Assembly (NCBI RefSeq): GCF_049243625.1
Contig: NZ_CP046975.1
Reading direction: 5' to 3' (one strand)
Source of the DNA: Corynebacterium amycolatum
Lineage (GTDB): Bacteria; Actinomycetota; Actinomycetes; Mycobacteriales; Mycobacteriaceae
DNA length: 32,000 nt
Position numbers and translations under genes: made by a program. The notes below the pieces were generated by a model. That model made no database searches. It had not been told where the DNA came from and worked only from the letters and a program-made list of their open reading frames with translations. This document shows, piece after piece, positions 10,764-18,602 of the stretch; position 1 is the first letter of the stretch; every line of letters begins with the position of its first letter.

Positions 10764-10769
10764 ATTGTA
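10764..10769 (-). promoter_or_regulatory. candidate -10 hexamer TACAAT, 8 nt upstream of the dnaE ATG (possible leaderless transcript)
   Basis: The minus strand reads tgtcTACAATctggactcATG. This matches the corynebacterial TAnnnT -10 consensus, and there is no Shine-Dalgarno sequence between it and the ATG. Confidence 0.3.
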
Positions 10770-10923
10770 GACAATCCCCCGGATTGAACACGATTCCTTC
10801 GAACACTCAAAATGAAGCAGCCCCCTTATGTCTGCACAGTTATAGCTACAGACGTGTGCAACATCACCCCTTCCTATCCTTTAATTTCCAAAACCAGTCG
10901 ACAATACTCGACATCACGGTTTT

Positions 10924-10937
10924 TGAGGACGTCCTCA
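10924..10937. promoter_or_regulatory. perfect 14-bp palindrome TGAGGACGTCCTCA (candidate operator) in the divergent dnaE / small-ORF intergenic region
   Basis: The sequence is self-complementary over all 14 positions, which I checked base by base. It sits between divergent starts at 10755 (-) and 11001 (+). Confidence 0.3.
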
Positions 10938-11000
10938 TATTTCCTCTCGTCCGTTAGCCTTTCCCGTTAATCCAAAGCCAAGAATCGAAGGAGCAACACA

Positions 11001-11165
11001 GTGTTCGCACCACTTTCCGATGGCCACTTCACCTACTTCCCCAAGCCCGAGCTTGACGAGGTTCTTGCCACCATCGACCGCCGCCCCGTCGCCGCCGGCT
11101 ACCTCATCGATGGCGATGTCATCACCTCCAACATGGATGCAGCCCGCTACAGCTGGCTGGTCTAA
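11001..11165 (+). CDS. small hypothetical protein (54 aa), absent from the ORF track because it is under 60 aa
   Basis: GTG start preceded by the strong Shine-Dalgarno GAAGGAG with a 7-nt spacer. Translation: VFAPLSDGHFTYFPKPELDEVLATIDRRPVAAGYLIDGDVITSNMDAARYSWLV, ending at TAA 11163-11165. By my count 43 of 54 codons end in G or C, mostly C-ending preferred codons. Confidence 0.6.
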   Translation: MFAPLSDGHFTYFPKPELDEVLATIDRRPVAAGYLIDGDVITSNMDAARYSWLV

Positions 11166-11244
11166 AAAGCACAGGCCTGGGAAATTCTGACTTTCTTTTC
11201 AAAATCAAAGACAGTACAGGTTTCCAATGATTACGTTTTAGGGC

Positions 11245-12534
11245 ATGAAACTTTCTCGAGCTTCTGCCCCGGAGTCCTCGGGCACATCCCGCCCGGCTCC
11301 GACATCGATGTCTCACCTGCCTGAGGCGCTGCCGCCGCAGATGCCCCAGACAGCCCGCCCGCCGCTAGCTACCGACACGCTGCTTAACTGCACTTCCTTT
11401 CCTGCAGTCGTCGTCGACCTCGCGGCGGTCGAAGCCAATGCCCGCGATATGCTCCGCCGCGCAAACGGTATGCCTATCCGCGTGGCCTCGAAATCGATTC
11501 GCATTCCACAGCTTATTTCGCACGTCCTGGCCTTCCCCGGTTTCCAGGGCGTGCTGGCATATTCGCTGGCAGAGGCGCTGTACCTATTCCGAGAAGGAAT
11601 TAGCGACGACATCGTCGTCGCCTACCCAACACTTGACGCCCGCGCTATCTCAGAGCTTGCCGACGATGATGCAGCGCGCGCCGCCATCTGCGTAATGGTT
11701 GACCGTCCCGAACATCTGGAGGTGCTGGCGCCGTCGGCAAGCGAAAATGCGCCAATCCGCGTGTGCATGGACGTCGATGCGTCCTTTCGCCCTCTGCCCG
11801 GCGTGCATATCGGTACACTGCGCTCCAGCTTGTTCTCGCCGAAGCAGGCAGCGGCGTTTGCCAAGCAGATCATTGCCCGTCCGGAGCTACAGCTGGCGGG
11901 AATCATGATGTATGAGGGGCACATTGCCGGAGTGGGCGATGCCGGAAACTCCCTGCGTGCACGAGCAATTCGAATGATGCAGGCCGTCTCAAAGAAGGAG
12001 TTGGCAAAGCGCCGCGCGAAGGTTGTCGCTGCAGTCGAGAAAGTGGCGGGACCCCTGGAGTTTGTCAACGGCGGTGGTACGGGGTCGTTGGAGTCGACGT
12101 GCGCCGAAGCCGCAGTAACCGAGGCAGCGGCGGGGTCGGGATTCCTGGCACCAACACTGTTCGATAACTATCGCGCATTCAATCTGCGCCCGGCGTCCTG
12201 GTTTGTGTTGCCGGCGACGCGACGCCCTAAGAAAGGCGTGATCACGGTGTCCGGCGGTGGCCGAATTGCCTCTGGGCCGGCGGGAGATGATCGGTTGCCA
12301 ACCCCCTGGTACCCCACTGGCCTGCGCTACGCGGCAGAGGAAGGCCCCGGTGAGGTGCAGACTCCGTTGCTCGGCAAGACCGCCGATGCAATTTCGCTGG
12401 GAGATCCCGTGTGGTTCCGCCACGCCAAGGCCGGCGAAATAGCCGAACACACACAAGAAGCCATTGCAGTTCGAGATGGCGCCATCATCGCCCACTGGCC
12501 CACGTACCGAGGAAAGGGATTGATCTTCACATGA
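11245..12534 (+). CDS. PLP-dependent alanine-racemase-N-domain protein (D-serine/D-threonine deaminase or aldolase-like)
   Basis: 429-aa ORF. The segment FPAVVVDLAAVEANARDMLRRANGMPIRVASKSIR is typical of the fold-type III PLP family (putative Lys in VASKS). The C-terminal beta-domain resembles D-serine dehydratase-like proteins. The true start may be ATG 11308 or 11341. Confidence 0.7.
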   Translation: MKLSRASAPESSGTSRPAPTSMSHLPEALPPQMPQTARPPLATDTLLNCTSFPAVVVDLAAVEANARDMLRRANGMPIRVASKSIRIPQLISHVLAFPGFQGVLAYSLAEALYLFREGISDDIVVAYPTLDARAISELADDDAARAAICVMVDRPEHLEVLAPSASENAPIRVCMDVDASFRPLPGVHIGTLRSSLFSPKQAAAFAKQIIARPELQLAGIMMYEGHIAGVGDAGNSLRARAIRMMQAVSKKELAKRRAKVVAAVEKVAGPLEFVNGGGTGSLESTCAEAAVTEAAAGSGFLAPTLFDNYRAFNLRPASWFVLPATRRPKKGVITVSGGGRIASGPAGDDRLPTPWYPTGLRYAAEEGPGEVQTPLLGKTADAISLGDPVWFRHAKAGEIAEHTQEAIAVRDGAIIAHWPTYRGKGLIFT

Positions 12535-13958
12535 GCAATTCACGCAACAACGCCCGCTTCACAGTCTCTACAGTTGAGTCCCGCGTACCACGCGTACGTC
12601 GGCGTGCGCAGGCGAAAGCTGCTGCCAAGTCTCATTGGAACAATTGGGCTCACACGCAATCGTGCACCCCGTCCTATATGCATCAGCCGCACGATGACGA
12701 GGGCGTCATCTCGGTAATTAAGGCAGCGAAGACCGAAGGAACTACGGTGCGCCCGCTGGGGGCCGGTCATTCTTTTACTTCCGTGGCCACCACCGATGGG
12801 CACCGCGTTCAACTCGACCGCTGCTCTGGTCTGGTCGAACTCGACGCCGCCAACCAGACCGCCACCCTGCGTGCCGGCACTCGTCTGCGCGATACTCCAG
12901 GTATTCTGCGCCCACTCGGTTGGGCCCTTCCCAACCAGGGCGATGTCGATCCGCAGTCGCTGGCCGGCGCTATCTCTACTGGCACGCACGGCACCGGGCT
13001 TGGGTTCACCGGCTTCGCAGGCACCGTTAAGGGATTCAAGATTGTCACCGCGGATGGCGTCGTCAGGCACTGCCATCCGGACGCTGAGGGAATCGACGGC
13101 GAGCTCTACCGCCTCGGACGGCTGGGGCTGGGTGTCTTCGGCGTGCTTACGGAGGTCACGATGTCCGTCGTACCGGCGTTTGATCTGCACGCCGACGAAC
13201 ACCGCGAAGAGTTTGATTCCCTGCGCAAGAGCTTCGCCGAGCGTTGCAAAGAAGCTGACCACCTGGAGTTTTTCTGGTTCCCGGGACAGCGCGAGACGCT
13301 GGTCAAGCACAATACTCGCATCGAACCGCAGCGCCACCGCCGCCCGAGCCGCAATAGCCTGAAGCAGCGCCTGGGCAGCGCGCGCACGTATCTTAACGAC
13401 GAAGTCGTCAACAACATGGGACTCTTGGCGTGCTGCGAGATTGCCAAAGCCATTCCCGCTACGACCGATACCATCAACCGGATTGCCACCAACACAGTGC
13501 CCGAGCGCCGCTACTCCAACGAGGCGCACAAGGTCTTTGTCTCGCCGCGCCGCGTTCGTTTCTCCGAGATGGAGTACTCCGTCCCGCTCGAGGCCGCTTC
13601 CGATGTCCTCGGAGAAATCCGCGACGCGATTGCCCGCAAGAGGATGAAAATCTCCTTCCCCATCGAGGTGCGCTCCGCAAAAGCCGATGATGTGGCCCTG
13701 TCAACTGCGTACGGCCGCGACAGTGCCTACATCGCCATCCACCGCTACTGGAAGGAAAACTACCGAGAGTACTTCAACCTCATTGAGCCGATTTTCAAGG
13801 CCCACGAAGGTCGCCCGCACTGGGGCAAATTGCACACGCTCCGCGCGGAGGATTTTTCGCAGCGCTACCCGCTGTTCGGCGAGGTCCAGGCGTTACGCGA
13901 AAAGGTCGACCCGCAGGGAATCTTCCTCAACGAGCACCTACGCGACCTTTTCTGCTAG
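12531..13958 (+). CDS. FAD-linked oxidoreductase, D-arabinono-1,4-lactone / L-gulonolactone oxidase family
   Basis: WNNWAHTQSCTP, FAD-binding VRPLGAGHSFT, and the C-terminal ALO-domain motif EGRPHWGKLH. I chose ATG 12531, which overlaps the upstream stop as ATGA. The track ORF starting at 12411 would overlap the preceding gene by 124 nt. Confidence 0.85.
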   Translation: MSNSRNNARFTVSTVESRVPRVRRRAQAKAAAKSHWNNWAHTQSCTPSYMHQPHDDEGVISVIKAAKTEGTTVRPLGAGHSFTSVATTDGHRVQLDRCSGLVELDAANQTATLRAGTRLRDTPGILRPLGWALPNQGDVDPQSLAGAISTGTHGTGLGFTGFAGTVKGFKIVTADGVVRHCHPDAEGIDGELYRLGRLGLGVFGVLTEVTMSVVPAFDLHADEHREEFDSLRKSFAERCKEADHLEFFWFPGQRETLVKHNTRIEPQRHRRPSRNSLKQRLGSARTYLNDEVVNNMGLLACCEIAKAIPATTDTINRIATNTVPERRYSNEAHKVFVSPRRVRFSEMEYSVPLEAASDVLGEIRDAIARKRMKISFPIEVRSAKADDVALSTAYGRDSAYIAIHRYWKENYREYFNLIEPIFKAHEGRPHWGKLHTLRAEDFSQRYPLFGEVQALREKVDPQGIFLNEHLRDLFC

Positions 13959-14923
13959 TTATCTCCAGGCTTTACGACGTCCCGGGTAACCGCCCCATCC
14001 GTCTGGTCGGCGGCATCGTCGGGAACCGTGGCCGGTTCAATGCCAGCCTTGCGGAGTTCCCGGCGTACCCGACGCTGACGGCGCATCTTCAGGATGAGGT
14101 CGCAGATGAACAGCGCGACGGCACCCCAGATGATGAAGAAGCCAATCCAGCGCTCCGGCTCGAGCTCCTCGCCGAGCACGGTGACTGCCAAAGTGATCTG
14201 GAGAACCGGCGTGATGTACTGCATCAGGCCCAAGGTGGCTAGTGGCAGGCGCTTGGCACCTTCGCCGAAGAGCAGCAACGGAATGGCGGTAGCAACACCG
14301 GCGCTCATCATGAGCAGCGTGTGGCCGGTTCCTTCGGAGGTAAAGGTGCTCTGCCCGTTGGAGCTCAACCAGAAGATGTAGGCCAGCGCGATCGGTGTGA
14401 TTACAGCGGACTCGGCCGTCAGCGACGCTGCCGAGGAAAGCGATACCCGCTTCTTCATTAGTCCGTAAAAACCGAAACTGAACGCCAGCGCCAGCGCACC
14501 CAACGGCGGATGTCCCACACCGATAGTGAGAACAATGACCGCAATGGTTGCCAAGATGACACTGCCGAGCTGCAACCGCGAGATGCTTTCACGGAAGAAA
14601 ATCATCGCCAACAAAACGCTGACCAGCGGGTTAATGAAGTAGCCGAGTGCGGCCTCCGCCACCTGCCCATTGTTGACCAGGTAGACGTACACGCCCCAGT
14701 TGACGGAGATCAACAGTGCGGCAATAAAAATAGTGCCCCACGTCTTGGCGCTCGCGGCCTTCAGCTCTGGCCATGCGCGCATGAAGCTGAGGGCAATGGC
14801 CATAAAGACAAGCGTCCAGACGAATCGATGCGCCAAAATCTCCACGGCCCCCGCCGGCTCCAGCAGCGGAAAGTAGAGCGGAAACAGCGCCCACAAAAGG
14901 TACGCACCGAATGCCTGAATCAC
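13955..14923 (-). CDS. rarD: EamA/RarD family permease
   Basis: Ten-TM-like hydrophobic profile. The N-terminus FGAYLLWALFPLYFPLL..AVEILAHRFVWT aligns by eye with RarD. The track ORF extends to 15004. I prefer GTG 14923, which is preceded by AAAGGAG 10 nt upstream. Confidence 0.8.
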   Translation of the reverse strand: MIQAFGAYLLWALFPLYFPLLEPAGAVEILAHRFVWTLVFMAIALSFMRAWPELKAASAKTWGTIFIAALLISVNWGVYVYLVNNGQVAEAALGYFINPLVSVLLAMIFFRESISRLQLGSVILATIAVIVLTIGVGHPPLGALALAFSFGFYGLMKKRVSLSSAASLTAESAVITPIALAYIFWLSSNGQSTFTSEGTGHTLLMMSAGVATAIPLLLFGEGAKRLPLATLGLMQYITPVLQITLAVTVLGEELEPERWIGFFIIWGAVALFICDLILKMRRQRRVRRELRKAGIEPATVPDDAADQTDGAVTRDVVKPGDN

Positions 14924-15043
14924 TGTTGACTGACTCCTTTTCGTTCTCGTTGAAACTGACTGCGTACTGGCGGCGTACTGACGGCAGAGTTCTAGCCGCT
15001 TCACCCTAGTCTTTTGGATTTGGGCACTTAGTTCTGGCTTCTA

Positions 15044-15769
15044 TTAGTTCTGGCTCAGCCCCGGCGCAAAAAGCGGATCTTTATCCGTGAAACCGGAACT
15101 CAGCACCGGTCGGATACCAAAACGGCCGCGTGCCGCATCTGATGGCAGCGCCTCGACTGCTTTAACAGCAGGCAGTTTCTTGACATTCATCAACGCCTCA
15201 GCGTCTCCATAGACCAGTAAACCGTTGAAGCCGAGCCGTTCGTCGTCAATCGCGACGTCTGCGTAGGCAGCCGCTAACTCCAGTTGATCTTGCAGCAGCT
15301 TTTCTTCACTCGCCGTTTTGCTCGGCTGCGGCAAATACCGGGTACTCACGCCACCGATGATTGCAGTCGATACTCGCAGAGAGGGCTCTTTTTCATAGAC
15401 CTGTGCCGCTTCTTGCGCATCGAGCAGCCGGTCAAAAGTCACCATCGCCCAGAACTTCGGGTCCTCCACGACTGGCTGGCCGTTCTTTAGCTGGTAGTCT
15501 TCCTTCTTCATATTCTCGAGGGACTCGTCGGCACGCTCTACGTACTGCTCGGTTGCTTCCCACGGGTCTGGACCGAGCGCATCGCCGTTGATATTCTGCG
15601 GCTTGCTCACGCGATCGGATGTCGAAGCGACTGCTAAAACAATCACCAATACGACAACACAGAAACCTGAGATTAGTGCCATCACTGGCGAAATACTGCC
15701 GTCACCGGTGCTTTTCGCACGAGTTTCGGGGCGCGCTCGATTCTTGGATCCCAATGGAGTCTGCGTCAT
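15044..15769 (-). CDS. hypothetical single-pass membrane protein (N-in anchor, extracytoplasmic domain)
   Basis: 241 aa. A basic N-terminus is followed by the hydrophobic segment [20 protein letters not shown]. The start ATG overlaps the rluD stop as ATGA. No recognisable domain. Confidence 0.7.
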   Translation of the reverse strand: MTQTPLGSKNRARPETRAKSTGDGSISPVMALISGFCVVVLVIVLAVASTSDRVSKPQNINGDALGPDPWEATEQYVERADESLENMKKEDYQLKNGQPVVEDPKFWAMVTFDRLLDAQEAAQVYEKEPSLRVSTAIIGGVSTRYLPQPSKTASEEKLLQDQLELAAAYADVAIDDERLGFNGLLVYGDAEALMNVKKLPAVKAVEALPSDAARGRFGIRPVLSSGFTDKDPLFAPGLSQN

Positions 15770-16749
15770 GCGCCCTGCCTCAAAACTTCCAATGCGTGGT
15801 TCAAATCATCTGGGTATGGACATTCGATTTCCATCCAGCGACCATCTGCCGGATGGTGGAAACCAAGCGAAACAGCATGAAGCCACTGGCGGTTGAGCCC
15901 AAGCCGCTGGGCCAATGCCGGATCGGAACCGTACATGGGATCGCCACAACATGGGTGATTCAGCGCAGAGAAGTGCACACGAATCTGGTGCGTGCGCCCA
16001 GTTTCTAGATTCACCTTCAACAGCGTTGCTGGGGCGAAGGCCTCAAGCGTTTCGTAGTGCGTCACAGCATTTTTGCCATCCTGACGGACGGCAAAGCGCC
16101 ACCCCGCCGAAGGATGACGGCCAATCGGAGCATCAATTGTCCCCGACAGCGGATCCGGATGCCCCTGAACCAGAGCGTGATAGGTCTTCGACACCTCACG
16201 GTTTTTGAACGCCCGCTTGAGCACGGAGTAGCCCCGCTCTGAGCAGGCGACAACCATCACGCCAGAGGTGCCAACATCCAAGCGATGCACGATACCTTTT
16301 CGCTCGGGCGGACCGGAGGTAGAAATGCGGAAACCAGCAGCCGCCAGCCCGCCGATAACCGTTGGACCTTCCCAACCGACCGACGGATGCGCAGCCACGC
16401 CAACAGGCTTGTGAACAGCTACCAAATCGGAGTCGTGGTAGAGCACGTCCATGCCCTCGACGAGTTCCTCTTTGGGAACCAATGGCTTTTCCACCGGCGG
16501 TAACAACACGGAGAGGAAAGCGTTTTCTTCCAAGCGGTCAGACTTGCCAACGCTCACACCATCAACCGTGATGTCCCCAGCCGCTGCCAAATCAGCCACC
16601 GCTGTGCGCGAGAGCCCCAGCAACTTAGCCACACCGGCATCTACCCGCATTCCGGCTAAGCCCGGTGGAACGGGCATCTGCCGGGTTTCTCGGTCGGGCT
16701 GGTGCGCTCCCCCGAGTGCTGCACCGCTATTTAGTGCATTGTCGTTCAC
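15766..16749 (-). CDS. rluD: 23S rRNA pseudouridine synthase, RluA/RluD family with an N-terminal S4 domain
   Basis: Catalytic motif [14 protein letters not shown], plus YHALV and THQIRVH motifs. The GTG start overlaps the lspA stop as GTGA. Confidence 0.88.
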   Translation of the reverse strand: MNDNALNSGAALGGAHQPDRETRQMPVPPGLAGMRVDAGVAKLLGLSRTAVADLAAAGDITVDGVSVGKSDRLEENAFLSVLLPPVEKPLVPKEELVEGMDVLYHDSDLVAVHKPVGVAAHPSVGWEGPTVIGGLAAAGFRISTSGPPERKGIVHRLDVGTSGVMVVACSERGYSVLKRAFKNREVSKTYHALVQGHPDPLSGTIDAPIGRHPSAGWRFAVRQDGKNAVTHYETLEAFAPATLLKVNLETGRTHQIRVHFSALNHPCCGDPMYGSDPALAQRLGLNRQWLHAVSLGFHHPADGRWMEIECPYPDDLNHALEVLRQGA

Positions 16750-17384
16750 TGCTGTCCTCCCTCCGCCAACTGCTTCTGATTCTTCTGAGCAGATTTCTTC
16801 TCCGCTGCAATCTGATCAGCGAAGAGATCCGGCTCCTTGGAAAAAACCATCCAGATAACGAGGATAATAACGCCCACAGTAATCGCGGAGTCCGCGATAT
16901 TAAATACGGCAAAACCCTTCACCGACAGGAAATCGACAACGTGGCCGACATAGAAACCGGGCTCCCGAAATAGCCTATCGATGAGGTTGCCCAGCGCGCC
17001 ACCAGCAATAAGCCCCGCCGCAGTCGCCGATATAGGACTGCGCAGCCAATGGGAACAGCACATCACAGCCAGGATGTAAACCAGCTGCAACGTGGTAAAA
17101 ACCCAGGTGGCGTTCGTGCCAAAGGAGAAGGCTGCACCGGGGTTAAAAACGAGCCGCAACTCGAAGAGATCGCCAAGCACCTGCACCGCAGGACGGCCAT
17201 CGAGAGTCTTCAAAGCGATAATCTTGGTCAGCTGATCAATAATCGCAACTGACACAATAACCGCGGCGAGAATCCCCCGCCGCGGGAAATATGTCCTCGT
17301 TTCCTTCTTAGTCACTGTCCCATAATGGCCTAACAAACCCATATTCAGCCAACTGACACCGCCCGGGTGGTTCCTATCCGCCAA
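16746..17384 (-). CDS. lspA: lipoprotein signal peptidase II
   Basis: Motifs [18 protein letters not shown] and [13 protein letters not shown]. The start is uncertain: TTG 17384, ATG 17342, or the GTG giving MTKKETR. Confidence 0.9.
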   Translation of the reverse strand: MADRNHPGGVSWLNMGLLGHYGTVTKKETRTYFPRRGILAAVIVSVAIIDQLTKIIALKTLDGRPAVQVLGDLFELRLVFNPGAAFSFGTNATWVFTTLQLVYILAVMCCSHWLRSPISATAAGLIAGGALGNLIDRLFREPGFYVGHVVDFLSVKGFAVFNIADSAITVGVIILVIWMVFSKEPDLFADQIAAEKKSAQKNQKQLAEGGQQ

Positions 17385-18434
17385 GAAACCGGTACGCTAA
17401 CCGGTGTGACTCGACGTTTCCAATCTCAGTTTGTTCCGGCCTCCTCCGCTTTACGACGCACAGGAGACACAACCCCCTCGTGGTTCCGTCGACCTAGCCA
17501 CAGCGACCGAGCTGGTCACACCAAGCGTGGCCTGCTGGCAAGGGTCGGCACCGCAGTTGTTGCCGCTACTACTGTGGTGTCACTGGCCGCGTGCTCGTCG
17601 GAAAGCTCGGTGGAAACACAACCCGTGGACGTTGCACAACCCAAGATCGAATTGACCAGTGCTGGCAGCGGTGAGCTGGCGAGTGTGCGCTGGAAGGACG
17701 ACGGTGCAGAGCAGGAGTCGACCGCGGCGGTGACACAGGGCTTCGCACAGCGTGGCGGAAACGCCGATAGCGACCAGACTTTCCCAGACACCCGCCTGGA
17801 AATCCCCCTGACCAGCACTGTTACCAGTGATAACGATACTCGTGCGGTGACGTCAGAGGTGGGTAAACCCCACGGCTCCAACGATGAGCTGAATGAGGAT
17901 ATCGCTACCGCGCAGGGATTTATCTCTGATTCGTCAACAACGGCCACAGGTGAGGTCAAGGAACTCAAGCTGGGAGCGCCGGAGAAGGCCACCGACACCG
18001 CTCGCGCTGGTGTGGAGATGGCGCTGCAGCAGCTGCATTCCGTACCTATCGTCTTCCCCTCCGAGGACATCGGAAAGGATGCGACCTGGACGGTCGAAAG
18101 CGAGGTCGAAGGCCAGACCAAGATGACGCAGAAGGTGACCTATACCCTGCTCAGCCGTGCGGGAGACATTGTTAATTTGAAGGTCGATGTCAAGCAGGTG
18201 CCGACCGTTACGGAGTTGGACACTGGCGGCGAGGGTGCACTGAAGGTTGTCGAGGCCACGACTGACATGCTTGCCGACCGCGTCACCATCGACCTGACCA
18301 AGCCCCTTCCGGTGAAGGGCAACATCGATTTTGTTACCTCCGTGACCTACGGCGACGGCAACTCCGATGTGCGCATCACTCAGCAGACGCATCGCGGGCT
18401 GGAGTTTAAGGACGGCGACGGCTCGAGGAAGTAG
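17367..18434 (+). CDS. putative lipoprotein, function unknown
   Basis: Lipobox VVSLAAC preceded by the hydrophobic AVVAATTVV. The mature part is Thr/Asp/Glu-rich. The start is uncertain: GTG 17367 overlaps the lspA start region, and GTG 17406 is the alternative. Confidence 0.7.
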   Translation: MVPIRQETGTLTGVTRRFQSQFVPASSALRRTGDTTPSWFRRPSHSDRAGHTKRGLLARVGTAVVAATTVVSLAACSSESSVETQPVDVAQPKIELTSAGSGELASVRWKDDGAEQESTAAVTQGFAQRGGNADSDQTFPDTRLEIPLTSTVTSDNDTRAVTSEVGKPHGSNDELNEDIATAQGFISDSSTTATGEVKELKLGAPEKATDTARAGVEMALQQLHSVPIVFPSEDIGKDATWTVESEVEGQTKMTQKVTYTLLSRAGDIVNLKVDVKQVPTVTELDTGGEGALKVVEATTDMLADRVTIDLTKPLPVKGNIDFVTSVTYGDGNSDVRITQQTHRGLEFKDGDGSRK

Positions 18435-18475
18435 CCCAGAAGATTAGCTCGTACCACCGCAAGGTTAGAAGACGA

Positions 18476-18552
18476 GAAAGTGTCTAGGTTTATGTCACTT
18501 TTCTGCCCAAAAATGGGCGGAACTGTCATAAACCTAGACACTTTCTTTTGTG
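18476..18552. terminator. long inverted repeat (19-bp perfect arms, 32-nt loop) between convergent genes; probable bidirectional terminator
   Basis: GAAAGTGTCTAGGTTTATG at 18476-18494 pairs with CATAAACCTAGACACTTTC at 18527-18545, followed by TTTTGTGT. The loop contains the mini-hairpin GCCCAAAAATGGGC. Confidence 0.5.
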
Positions 18553-18602
18553 TGGCCAGTGCACCCGACCGGACTAGGCTGTGATGCCTGGCCCGACGCC
18601 AC

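Noticed and set aside
10756-10806. Longer N-termini proposed by the ORF track: dnaE from 10806, ftsZ from 30966, the FAD oxidase from 12411, divIVA from 27413, ftsQ from 31958
   Set aside because: These extensions begin at non-ATG codons or lie upstream of good Shine-Dalgarno/ATG pairs. They add non-conserved residues before well-known N-terminal motifs, or they overlap the preceding gene extensively.
10799-10812. TCGAAC half-site resembling the corynebacterial LexA SOS box, upstream of dnaE
   Set aside because: Only one half of the dyad (TGTTCGA on the minus strand) is present. The partner half does not match TCGAA(A/C)A.
12540-13529. 329-aa minus-strand ORF antisense to the FAD oxidoreductase
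   Set aside because: The plus-strand frame carries conserved FAD-binding and HWGK motifs. The antisense translation is Arg/Ala/Gly-rich with no motifs.
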